A stretch of DNA of 62,668 nt, counting the filler, from Vannella sp. (taxonomy: Eukaryota): NCBI GenBank assembly GCA_023345925.1. It is 7 parts of 7 records of this genome, joined end to end, with 100 filler letters (N's around TTAATTAATTAA, not from the genome) between each part and the next. Parts side by side here need not be neighbours in the genome. Positions count along the whole stretch, not along the records: positions 42,092 to 48,117 come from JAJQQN010001440.1; positions 48,218 to 54,156 come from JAJQQN010000326.1; positions 54,257 to 62,668 come from JAJQQN010000048.1; 4 more parts are not named here. The stretch is one strand, 5' to 3'. Position 1 is the stretch's first letter; each line of letters begins with the position of its first letter. The notes under the pieces were generated by a model. The model made no database searches, had not been told where the DNA came from, and saw only the letters and a list, made by a program, of their open reading frames with translations. The position numbers and the translations under genes are program-made. Positions 45,001 to 55,961 of this stretch are shown piece after piece.

Positions 45001-45353
45001 TGCGGGGTTTAGAAGGTGTAGGAGTACCTGTAGGCAGAGCGTACCATGGTACTTGTCATAGGTGAGATGTTCGACGAGCTTCTCAATGTTACCTCCTTTG
45101 ATGACCGGGCGGCCGTTTTCCTTCTCCCCTGTAAAGATGAGACCGTCCTCCTCCACTTCAACTGCTGGCTCATTGAGTACTCCTCCGTAGTCTCCTGAAG
45201 TCTGGCGTTCCATCACTGAAGGGTCTGGTGGGAGGTGAGCGTTGCTCTTCGCAGACAACAACTTGGCTCACCCTCATTGTCTTGTGACTTCCCACTCGTT
45301 TCTAGAGTCTTACCACGCTTGCTGCGGCTCCCTTTCTTAAAGAGCTTTGACAT
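42092..45353 (-). CDS. RasGEF with two tandem REM+CDC25 modules, multi-exon, 3'-truncated
   Basis: Module 1: IKGGNIEKLVEHLT, FMLTFRSFTTP, ELARQLTLIE, NNFN and [20 protein letters not shown]. Module 2: AATDVKIIERLT, LRLMNLLRTW, IAQQLCLLE, NFS and ACIPLI. Start MSKLFKKG. Confidence 0.9.
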
Positions 45354-45479
45354 GAGCCTACCAACGAGGGCTTGTTGAAATGATCAAATTCTATCCCCCA
45401 TCCATCAAAATGTCCAAGAAAAAAGATTTTTAAGATTTCTTTTAGTCTGAAAGGAAAGTCTCTCTTTTCCTTCACTTCC

Positions 45480-46868
45480 ATGTGGGCAAGAAGGGTGTTG
45501 CTGAAGCCGCAAAGCCGCTGGCTCTGTTCATCAGCAGAGCCGCATATACCTGTTCTGTTGTCCGAGTGTATGGAGTCTTTGAACATCTCGTCGCTGCCAG
45601 AAGAGGCGAAGGTGATTGACGGAACGTTCGGCGCGGGCGGACATACTCGCGAGATCCTCCGTGAGTCCCGTTCTACACTTGCCCTACTTTGGTTCTAATG
45701 ATCATGAAGGACTCCACCCAACTTGTATCGTCTACTGTGTTGATCAGGACTCGAATGTCTTCAGTTCGCCCCGCTTTAAGGAGATACATGTGAGAACGGG
45801 TGGGCTTGAACATTGGGTAGACACTTATGGGAATAAAGGAGCAATATGGGACACGAGTGAGACCTTGTGCAGGGAACTTTCGCCATCTACGAGCCACCAC
45901 AGGTCTTGGGTGAGTTGTTCCCTGATATCCAATGCACCACTAACTAAGCAATGCGGAGAAACAGACGTGGAGAAGTAGATGCAATCCTTTTGGACCTAGG
46001 CATGTCCTCTATGCAAGTAGACTCTTCTCGAGGCTTCTCATTCCGACCTGAATTCGATGGTGAATTGGACATGCGGATGTCTCCTGATGCTAAGCTAACG
46101 GCCAAGGAGGTGGTAAACACCTATTCTGAGCCTCATCTGGCCAGCATCTTCCACAAGGTATCCTGGTGATGTAAACTGATAATGTGTATGTTGACTTGTC
46201 CGCTTAGTTAGGAGAAGAACTCGCGGCCCGGCGTGTTGCCCAAGGAATAGTCGTACAAAGACAGAAAAAAGAGATATCCACAACGGGGGAGCTATCAGCC
46301 ATTGCAGCCAGGTTCATTCGGTAAGTCAATTGACCATTTATTTCTTTGAATGACTTTAATACTCTTTGCAGGAAGTCACGACTGAATCCAGCAACAAAAA
46401 TATTCCAGGCGCTAAGGATCTATGTTAATGATGAGGTAGGCTCTATTTTCAGCAGGTTTCCGCGCAACTAAGTTGGAAAGATTAATGCTCTTGCGGACGG
46501 CCTTCAAGAGACAGAAATGCTCCTCAAGCCTGGGGGACGTGCAGCAGTGATATCATATCACTCATTAGAAGACCGTATGGTCAAGTACTTCTTTCGCTAT
46601 GCGGCTGGATTGGAGGCTCACCGCGCCTTCTTCCCCCGACCAACTCTGGCCCTCTCCCAGAAGAAAACTATCAAGCCTTCCAAGGGGGAAATTGAGCGGA
46701 ACACACGCTCTCGCTCAGCCAAACTTAGGTAAGCATCCTTCAGGTTCACCCATTCTCACTTATTCTCTTTGAAGAGTGGTCGAAAGGATGACCACTGCGA
46801 CCACCGAACTAGCCGGCAAAAAATACTTCACAGAAGTCAGTCCCACCAAGACAACCTTGTTATGCTGA
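45480..46868 (+). CDS. METTL15: Mitochondrial SSU rRNA m4C methyltransferase (RsmH/MraW/METTL15), multi-exon
   Basis: Presequence; motifs [57 protein letters not shown] and [10 protein letters not shown]. Confidence 0.93.
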
Positions 46869-48117
46869 TGCTCACAAAGACAATCTGCGAATTTTAACCC
46901 CAGCCATGGTCCTCAAACACTACAAACTGGGGGCTTAAATTGAGATTTGCCAAATCATTGAAAATCGCCAGAAATGCTCCTCTTTACCTTTTGGGACCCG
47001 TGTTGAGAGAGGGTTGGACTTGAGCGAGTGACTTCAATGCACTCCTCGTGTGCGAGAGCACATTTAGGAGATGTTCGAACCTTAATACCACTCTTGCAAA
47101 ACCCTCGAGCAGAAGGGACAAGCCGAGTCGGAGGATATGGCGTCCTGTTCCTTGGCAACGTTGTGGTAGTGGCGTAACTGTCTCTCTTTGCCCCAATGCT
47201 GAAGGAGTACGGGGCGCCTTCCCTGGTGGACATTCCAGCCTCCTCGAGCTCTACAGAAGCATAGAAGTTGATGAGATCACAGGCATTAACGAAAGCGTTC
47301 ACAGCAAACGACTCCTCCAAAGGAACAGGAGCAGTTTGCATGGTGGCTTTCTCTAACCAAGACATGGTTTCCACCTTTGTCGATTAAATTAATTTAGACC
47401 ATTTGATGGATTAAACAGATTGTTCAAAGTAGCTCCCCAGATGAGCGTCTGGGGTGCTCGAGATGAGGTGGAGACCAAGCAGGGTTTTGATAGACCACTC
47501 ATAGAATTCCAACTCCATATGGCTTAGGGCACCCTACTCTCGATGACACAAGGAACCCTTAGTGCTTGCCTTCCAGCACGTCCACTTTTCCTTGCAGGGC
47601 CTAATTGCTGTTCTCCCGCTGAGTGCATTGTTGTTGGAGAAGCTCAGAGGTCTATTCTTGCGGATTAAAACTCGACGATATCGAATCTTCTTCAGCTCCA
47701 CTTGCAACTCCGCCAATTTGACGCTGTCAAATGTACATTTGCCTTTTTTGGGGGACTGGAACGTTGGTTGTCGGCCAGATCAGCTCTATCAAGCATGATC
47801 AAGCTTGCCCACGAAGGGAACAATCCCAAGATGTAGTTCCGTGGAAGGAGACTGAACTAAGTCTGAAGTGGCGACATCGGATGGAACCCTACAGCAGTCT
47901 TGACCATTCGAGGAGAGTTCCAGAGATCTGATTGTCATATAAGAGCCTGATTCTCCTTGCTGTTAGGAGATACTACTGAGGACGGCAAGGGGGAGCACTG
48001 AAGGACACGTCCATTCAGGAAGACTCCGTCACTTAAACCGTTTACTTCATTGGCAGTCATTCGGAGAGGCTCACTGATCAGTGAGTTTCCCCCGAATGGG
48101 CCAATGAGGGGAGCGGA

Positions 48118-48217
48118 NNNNNNNNNNNNNNNNNNNNNNNNNNNNNNNNNNNNNNNNNNNNTTAATTAATTAANNNNNNNNNNNNNNNNNNNNNNNNNNN
48201 NNNNNNNNNNNNNNNNN
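48118..48217. other. Artificial contig spacer
   Basis: N44-TTAATTAATTAA-N44. Confidence 0.99.
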
Positions 48218-48529
48218 CAGTTTACCGACTTGAAACCGAAACCGGAAAGTTCAGAAGAAAATTCGCCTCTTAGTTGTTGGCTGCTTGCTTTGTAGCAATA
48301 ATTAAGCAATAATTAATGATCCTGGCAGCTCTCGAAGTCTCATAGGGTGTCACTCGCTTCGTATGAAGTGTACGGAAGAAGCGGACGTGTCTCCAACTTG
48401 CCTTGGCTTGTGGCGAGGAAATGCGAGAGGAACAAGGCACTTTAGGGTCATTGGGAAGCTTTATTGCTGCCAGACCTCCCATGTGCCGTCGTAGCCCGAG
48501 CAGATTATCATGGACGACCGAGGCGGATG

Positions 48530-48653
48530 CAAAGATGAGTTGAACGTGCCCCCGAAGTGTTGTGATGGACCTTCCAGACCGTAAGTCCCACAGGCGAGCA
48601 ATGCCGTCCGTGCCTGCTGATATCAGCAAAGATCCATCATGATGGATACAAAA
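48530..48653 (-). pseudogene. Isolated single WD40 repeat resembling U4/U6 snRNP protein Prp4
   Basis: HHDGSLLISAGTDGIARLWDLRSGRSITTLRGHV; the flanks show no other WD40 repeats. Confidence 0.6.
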
Positions 48654-49161
48654 CGGTAATTGTCCTCTGATGAGGGGACGTCCTACAAAAAATGAAGCCT
48701 GCTTAGGACCCTTTTGATGCGCCACTCTCCTCCTTAAGCCGCAGCCTAAGCACAGCGCGCGCAAAGGCCCAATCTCAATCTTGAAATAGTGGGAGCTGTA
48801 GCGCACCAGATGGGAATGGCCGAGGTTGTGGGCACTGCAGGGAACCACCGCGAGACGTGTTGAAAAAACAAGCGTGCTTCTTAGGGCTACAAGGGGAGAT
48901 ACAAGCAGAGACAGCCACTTTTGAAAGAAAGAACCAATCAAAACCCACTTCAATGGGATTCCTGGAAAGTTCCGCGGGCTTCTGAGTCTCACAAACGGCA
49001 GCGATCCTCTCAATCAATAACGGAACCAATCAAGCGCCAGAAAAAGGCCGGCTTCCACCTCAATGACAACTTTTCCGTCCAATCAACGTAAAGTGACGTC
49101 CAGGCTTTTTCCCGGCTTTTTTTAACTGCGCTTAGAATCATTTTTTAGTGCTATTTGGCAA

Positions 49162-50704
49162 ATGGCGATCTTTTCGAGGACCGGCTGGTTCGCTTTGGGG
49201 GCGGTGTCGGTTTTGGCCATCGTTGTGGCTCTTTGTTTGAGGGAAGAACAGCGAGTGGTCATTGTAGTAGGTGGAGGTGCTGCGGGTATGTCGGCAGCAC
49301 TGGAGGCTGCACGAGGGGACCCAAAGTGCCGTGTTCTGTTGTTTGACAAAGGTGTGCGCGGGAAACACGACTTTCGGCTGATCTCTAGCTTACATTCGAG
49401 GTCTTATAGAGAGAGTGCTGGGTGGGAACTCTGCCAAAGCTGCTTCTGGGATCAATGGCGCTGGAACATTGGCGCAAATGGAAAAAGGGATCGCAGACTC
49501 TCCTTCTTCCTTCAAGAGTGACGTGATCAAGTCGGGACAGCAATGCTCCGATGAAGTTCTTGTGGACAGGCTTGCGAAAGAGTCTGCGGACGCTGTGGCG
49601 TTCCTGAAGGGACTGGGGATCGATCTTTCCCTTTTATCCCATTGCGGAGGTCACAAGCTGCCTCGTACACACCGCTCCAAGCTTGACCCAACAGCCAAGT
49701 TCCAAAGAAACATCGGATCTATCATCACTTTGGCTCTTGCCTCAAAGCTGAGCCAGTTACCGAACGTCGAGATCTATCTTGCTTCTGCAGTGACTTCTCT
49801 TTTGACCGAAGGAGAGTCTGTGAAGGGGATTCAGGTGAATGGTACTCTTGAGTTCTATGCACATGCTACTGTTCTGGCTACTGGAGGCTACGGGCGAGAT
49901 GCTCGCCTTTTGAAAGAGTTCTGTCCAGAATATGCCAATCTTCCTTCTACGAACGGAAACTGGACGACAGGAGATGGCGTGCATCTAGCAAGAGCTATTT
50001 CAGTGGATGTCACTGGAATGGAGTACGTACAAGTGCATCCAACTGGAATTGTCGACATCCAACAACCGAACCTGTTGAACAAGTTCCTCGCAGCTGAAGC
50101 CATCCGAGCGGAAGGTGCCATTCTTGTCAGCCAAAACGGATACCGATTTGTTAATGAGCTTGGTTTGAGAGATCAGGTCACCAACGCTATCTTCGAGTTT
50201 GGAGCAGAAATTCCTGGATCTGATCAAAGAATAGTCTTCATGCTCCTTAACGACCGAGTCATTAACTCTTTCGGTGCTCAAACAATGTCCTTCTACCAAC
50301 AAAAAGGGTTGCTCACCATGTTTAAGAACGCTGAGGCATTCTCCAATCACTTCAGGATTCCTTCCCAATCAATCTTAGCAACACTGTTCGATTATAACGC
50401 TGCCAGAGAGTCAGGAGGAATCGACCAATTCGGCAAAGAACGCTTTCCGGTGGCCTACAACCCAGCAGAACCAATTTACGCTTTTCTGGTGACTCCCTCG
50501 ATCCACTACACGATGGGTGGAGTCAAAATCGACGCCCATGGACGCGCTTTGAGATCAACAGGAGTAGTACCAGGGCTGTATGCTGTCGGTGAGGTCAGTG
50601 GAGGCGTTCATGGAAAGAACCGCCTTGCCGGAAACTCTCTTTTGGAATGCGTTGTTTTTGGTCGAGCTGCTGGTCAACACATCATTTCCCAGCAGCTTCA
50701 TTAG
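49162..50704 (+). CDS. Soluble-type (Osm1/Frd1, flavocytochrome c-like) FAD fumarate reductase with an N-terminal membrane/signal segment
   Basis: GGGAAGMSAA, GGNSAKAASGING, GGHKLPRTH, QVHPTG, ELGLRD, HYTMGG and NRLAGNSL; one intron starting near 49352. Confidence 0.92.
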
Positions 50705-50727
50705 GGAGAAGTTAGTTTATGGTTCTA

Positions 50728-53700
50728 TTACCCTTTGAACTCAGATTTGATCGTCCAAACTCCACTCCTCTTCTCCACCTTGGCTATGTTTTGAAGAATC
50801 CTGCGGAAGAAAAGCTTTTCTTTCTCTTCGATCACGTCTGAGAATTGGGTGACTATTTGTTGGGTAGAGAGTTGTCCGTTTGAAGAGTGGAACTCCTTTG
50901 TAAGGCGGGAACTCAGCTCATCATATCGGCTCTTGCTCTCTTCTACAAGAACAGATTCTTCTCCCTTTTCAGCTGCAGATCTTTGCTTCAGTCGCTCCAT
51001 GAGACTGGAAGAGGAAGGAGCTGCAGCAGGCATCGGGTTGGCTGATTGCTCTCCTCCCTTTCCTCTCGCCAACCGCTCCATCAGTGAGGAAGAGGATGGT
51101 GGAGAGTCAGAAGATGAAGCAGGATTCGAGTAAATCTCACTAGAACCCCAAGTTATAGGAGCAGCGCTAGGTTTGGCAGTGTAGTTTTGCACAGAGTTGT
51201 TTGGTGATGAGAAACGGGTGGTCGGGAGTGCAGTGGAAGGAGAACTCATGAGGCGCGTGTTTTTAACTGTCCCAAACTTCTTTGGAGCTCCAGACTCTCC
51301 AGAAGATCCCGTCCAAGTTGGTACGTGTACTGCAGTTCCAACACACATTGCCACAGACTGTCGAAGCTTCTCTGTAGCTTGGCGGGCAATCATTGAAGCT
51401 TCACGCTCGATCAACAAATACTCGTGTCCAGATTCATGAACAACAGAGTCGTGAGATAGAACATGTTTAACCCCTGTGGCGGTTAGTAAGTCAGCCAGAG
51501 CATTCGATTTTGGTTTCTCTTCAACAGTCTCTTGAAGTTCAGCTACGATTCGGTCCATTTCGGCTGCCGGGTTTTTTGGACGGTAACTTGGTTCGTCCGT
51601 TTCAGTTTCTTCCATCTCGACACGACTGTCAGCAAACATGTCACAAGTTTCTGTGATTCCATCCTCGGGATCTTCATAGGAGAAGAGGTCTTTGAGAATT
51701 CTTGAGTGGAACAAACGCTTCTGTCTGGGGTCTTTCAATATCTTGTTGGAAAGGAACTGTTTGTAGATTTGGCGTTGATAGATCTTCTCCTCAATGGTAC
51801 CTGAGGTAATTAAACGATAAATAGTCACACTTCGAAGCTGACCAATTCTCCAAGCCCGCTCACGAGCTTGGACGTCCGTTGTTGGGTTCCAGTCAGGATC
51901 ATAAAGGATGATGCGGTCTGCTTTGGTGAGATTCACGCCGATTCCTCCAGTTTTCGTTGTCATGATAAAGAGGAAGATAGAAGGGTCACTCTGATATTGA
52001 TCGATAAGAGCAGGTCTTTGCAATACAGGAGTATTCCCATCCATCCGCAAATAAGAAAACTCCTGTGGCGGGGTCATTAAACCCGATTGTGCTGTGGATG
52101 GAGATGACTTACCATTTCATTGGCAAACTTTTCGAGAATGTCGAGAAGTCGCCGAGTCTGGGTAAATATAAGGCAGCGATGCTCCTCCTTCTTCCAAAGA
52201 GGGAGGAGAGATTGAAGAATTGTCATCTTTCCAGACCGCTGCCAGTCTCCATAATCTTCAACGGTACTTGGGAAAGGTTGTAAAAGGTCTGGATGGTTGC
52301 ATATCTTCCTCAGTATTACTGTAGCAGCCAGGCAGTTACCATCTCCTGAGATAACATTTCTGACTCTGTCAGAGTTTACATTCTCGATGTAGAGGTCTTT
52401 TTGCTCTGGCAAAAGAGGGCAAAAGAGCACCTGTTCGAATTTCTCTGGAAGCCCGACATTCACATCAGCCTTCATCCTCCGCAGAAGAAATGGCTTGATT
52501 TCATCGCGGAGCACCACAGCGCACTTGTAGGATGCTTGCACTTGCAGAGGTGTAGCATTCGAGTAGCCACCCATCCGAATTGGTAGTTCTGCATGGGAGT
52601 AAGTGAGTGAGTAACTACTGTTGATAGAAGAGCTCATACCAAATGAAGTTTTAAAAACGGGCAGAGTTCCTAACTTCCCAGGGAAGATGAAGTCAAAAAG
52701 TGACCAAAGTTCCTGTAGATTGTTCTGAATGGGAGCCCCAGTTAAGATGATTCGATTGGGAGATCGAAACTGCTTGCACAGCTGAGTTATCTGCGCGTCT
52801 GGGTTACGAATTTTGTGTCCTTCGTCGAGAACAACCAATTCATAGTCATATTTGAGAAGCTCCTCCTCATAAGACTGCAATGTTCCATAGGACGTGACGA
52901 TAACGCCCTTCTTTTGGCACATTTGGGTGATGAGCACTTCCGGTGTTTTGCATTCTGAGCTGTGGAGAACCTGGACTGGAAGGTGAGGCCACCAAAGGCC
53001 AAACTCCACCTTCCACTGAGTCATTATTGTCGTTGGACAGATAATAATGGAAGGGAGTTGAATCATTCCACTGTAGTGAAGTCCTGCCATAAAGGCAATC
53101 ATTTGGATAGTCTTTCCAAGACCCATCTCATCCGCAATGATTCCGCCAATTTCCGCTCGGTACAACTCCCAGAGCCATTTGACAGAGGTCTGCTGATGCT
53201 CAAAAAGCTTCTTAAACAGACTACGAGGTAAGCGATACCCTCCTTCGAGGATAACGTCCTTCTTCTCTTTCACAAAGTCTGGAACCTGCTGAGTTAAAGA
53301 ATCCATCCGTCGTCTCTTTGTGACAAGAGGAGCTTTAGAGGACTCGGCCTGCGGGTTCTTCTTCTTAACAACTAGATTTGGCGTTGCAGTCTTCAACTTG
53401 AAGGCGCTTGATTGCTTTGGTATCTTCGGTGGCTGCATGGGCTGTATGGGCTGCCTTGCGGCCCTGCGATACGGTTTGGGATCATCTCCATCTCCCGTCA
53501 AATCCAAGTAGTTCTGACTCTGGGAGAACCCAATCTGTAGCTGAGCGAATGGAGTGATCCTCCCAAGGCGAATCTGCTCTTCAAGGTCGGACTCTGCCTG
53601 TCGAGAGCGCTTCTGGACGTTTCCAGGCACTACCTGGCGTTAAATAAAGCTGATAGAGACTCATCTATCACCTACACTCAGTGGGACTCGGCCTTTTAGC

Positions 53701-54145
53701 AAGTAACTGCGAAGAGGTGTTTGAGGGACCCTCGATCTCTTCCTTCAGCTTGGCCAGATTCGATTGACGAAGCTGAATCTTACGCCTCTTTACTCTTGTA
53801 AGAGATGGGACTGAAAGAGGGACCAGCCAAGGAGCACTTACGATGAAATAGAACTTTCGATCTTCAGGGTTCTTCAGCTTGTCCTCTCGATCTGTCTGGA
53901 GGACCACTTGCTTGCGAGGACAGAGATCAAACTCGGCTTGGAGGGTATTCAGTTCTTCCGTCAGCTCCTTTATCTCCTCCTCAACAAGGTTCTTCCTCAA
54001 CTTTGGCTAAAGGTGAGGATCCTCCCTCACAAGAGGAGCTTCCTACCGTATCCATTACACTGGTCTCCACCTGTAATGTTGTCTTCGTCTGCACACCCAT
54101 TCTTAACAACAAGGCGGCCTCATCCTGGCCCTCTTCCCCAGCCAT
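50728..54145 (-). CDS. ERCC6: Transcription-coupled repair SNF2 ATPase CSB/ERCC6/Rad26, multi-exon
   Basis: GRITPF, DEMGLGKT, LDEGHKIRNP, GGYSNATPLQV..YKCAVVLRD, DPDWNP, VPTWTG and a C-terminal winged-helix segment. The start is close to the contig end and uncertain. Confidence 0.93.
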
Positions 54146-54156
54146 TTCCTCTTCAC

Positions 54157-54256
54157 NNNNNNNNNNNNNNNNNNNNNNNNNNNNNNNNNNNNNNNNNNNN
54201 TTAATTAATTAANNNNNNNNNNNNNNNNNNNNNNNNNNNNNNNNNNNNNNNNNNNN
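54157..54256. other. Artificial contig spacer
   Basis: N44-TTAATTAATTAA-N44. Confidence 0.99.
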
Positions 54257-54370
54257 GGGTTTTCTCACTTCATAGAATGATTCTAGGAAGGGAAAGGAAG
54301 GTAGCCTTGTGATCTATTACTCTAACATGTCGAATACACCAAGCTAGGACTCTTCTCGAGTTAAGTTGAC

Positions 54371-55225
54371 TTATAGATATGCGCTCTCCGCGATGTGCAA
54401 TCGATTCTCGCCAACGCCGCGAGCAGTGACGGGTCTAATGGTGTAGAGAAGGTCTAATGCACCTTCTTTGTCAAGTCCTAGAGAGCGGAGGAGAGTGAAA
54501 GTGAAGACTCCCGTTCGATGAATTCCGGCGGAGCAATGAACGAGGACTTTTGACGCCTCTGGAGCTAAGAGCACCCTCTTAACTTGCTCCACTCCCGCTT
54601 TCATCACCTCTGCATGTGTAAGAAGGGTCTCCTCTGAAGCACCTTGAATGGGGACCCAAATCCAAGTGATATTGTGACGTTGGCAAGACGCCTCGACCAG
54701 CTCTGGCTTCTCTTTCTCACCAAGCAGTGAGACAATGTGTGTACACCCATCTTTGGCCAGCTGGGTCACCGCTTTGCTCGTCACTTTGTGCCAAACGGTC
54801 AACTCGGAGGAAGAACCGACGATTGGGAGGGTCTTCCAGCTCACCCAGTCCGGTTTGAACTCCTTGTTGCGCTTCCTATATAGTTCTACGGCACTGGAAG
54901 CCATCTCAGCCACCGTAGTCGCATGATCCTCCCCCAGGACGAGAGAGAGCCCTTTGCTTTTGGCGTAGTCCGTCACTGTGTCGTCTACGGGCACGTGGAA
55001 AGCTACAAGCATGATGGTTTGAGGTTGCAATCGTAGGAATGATAGAGCCCAGTCTACATCCTCGGTAACGACACCGGGAGAGACCTTCGTACCGCCCACC
55101 GCCAACTGTTTGTGATGAAGGGCGCTTCGCAGAGTCGCTTCCTCCTCTCCAGTGCTTGCAATGAGGACCAAACCATCAAACGCAACAAGAGGCTGGTCCC
55201 CCACGTGCTTGTACTCGAAAGGCAT
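54371..55225 (-). CDS. Cys-based (PTP/DSP) phosphatase with an extra N-terminal alpha/beta domain
   Basis: CX5R loop VHCSAGIHRTG; THIVSLL..E; intronless. Confidence 0.85.
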   Translation of the reverse strand: MPFEYKHVGDQPLVAFDGLVLIASTGEEEATLRSALHHKQLAVGGTKVSPGVVTEDVDWALSFLRLQPQTIMLVAFHVPVDDTVTDYAKSKGLSLVLGEDHATTVAEMASSAVELYRKRNKEFKPDWVSWKTLPIVGSSSELTVWHKVTSKAVTQLAKDGCTHIVSLLGEKEKPELVEASCQRHNITWIWVPIQGASEETLLTHAEVMKAGVEQVKRVLLAPEASKVLVHCSAGIHRTGVFTFTLLRSLGLDKEGALDLLYTIRPVTARGVGENRLHIAESAYL

Positions 55226-55259
55226 CGATGAGAAAATGATGAGAAAGCGCGTTTAGAGG

Positions 55260-55784
55260 TTACTCCATGGTCTTGCTTCCAGGAGGCTTCGGGAGGACGA
55301 TGAACTTGAAGTCAGGGACGAAGGGAGAGATAGGACCACGCGCAGACATGTCAAGACAGTCCCAATCGGACTTAGGGACGGCACGAAGCTGTTGGCAGAG
55401 AGCGCACGGCGCAGTGCAAGGCAAGCAGCTCAAGAAGAAGTCTCCAAGGTACTTGTCGATGTTGTCAGGGTTCTCGTTAACGCCAGCGACCATGCGAGAG
55501 TTGTAACGAAGCAACCAATTGTAAAGGAAGGTAACACCGAAGAAAGAGATGATAAGCCAAGGCAGAACGTGGTTCACCAACGCGCAAGGTTGGTCCAGCT
55601 GAGAGGCCCACCACTTGCATTGAACACAAGGACCACAGCACCACCAACACAGGAAGCAGTACGCACCATCGACAGGGTTGCAAGGCTCGCCACAGCACGG
55701 TTCGCAGTTGTTATGGAAGCAGTTCCAGCAAGGTCCACCAGCGTCATTATAACCAGTCCAATCAACGAAACAAGGAGACGCCAT
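55260..55784 (-). CDS. PLAC8-like cysteine-rich membrane protein
   Basis: CFLCWWCCGPC, a hydrophobic segment, LRYNSR and GDFFLSCLPCTAPCALCQQLR. Confidence 0.8.
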   Translation of the reverse strand: MASPCFVDWTGYNDAGGPCWNCFHNNCEPCCGEPCNPVDGAYCFLCWWCCGPCVQCKWWASQLDQPCALVNHVLPWLIISFFGVTFLYNWLLRYNSRMVAGVNENPDNIDKYLGDFFLSCLPCTAPCALCQQLRAVPKSDWDCLDMSARGPISPFVPDFKFIVLPKPPGSKTME

Positions 55785-55961
55785 CACCAATGCGAAACAA
55801 AATGACCAAACAGGCGAACGCCAAGTCAAAACAAAATTTGTGCGGCCGACAATAAACACGTCATTATCCATTCTTCGAAATCGGTCAATGGACCAATCCC
55901 GGCGTCGTATTGGGAAAGACCTTGTTTGAGTCTCTTGTGGATGAAAAGTTTTGTAATTTAA

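Noticed and set aside
52063..52112. Overlapping stop/start (TAATG) splitting ERCC6, suggesting translational coupling or a split gene
   Set aside because: A 50-nt GTAAGT...CAG intron joins the two frames.
9047..54256. Six TTAATTAATTAA palindromes flanked by Ns, and ORFs ending in XXX-LIN
   Set aside because: These are identical 100-bp artificial linkers, not biological sequence.
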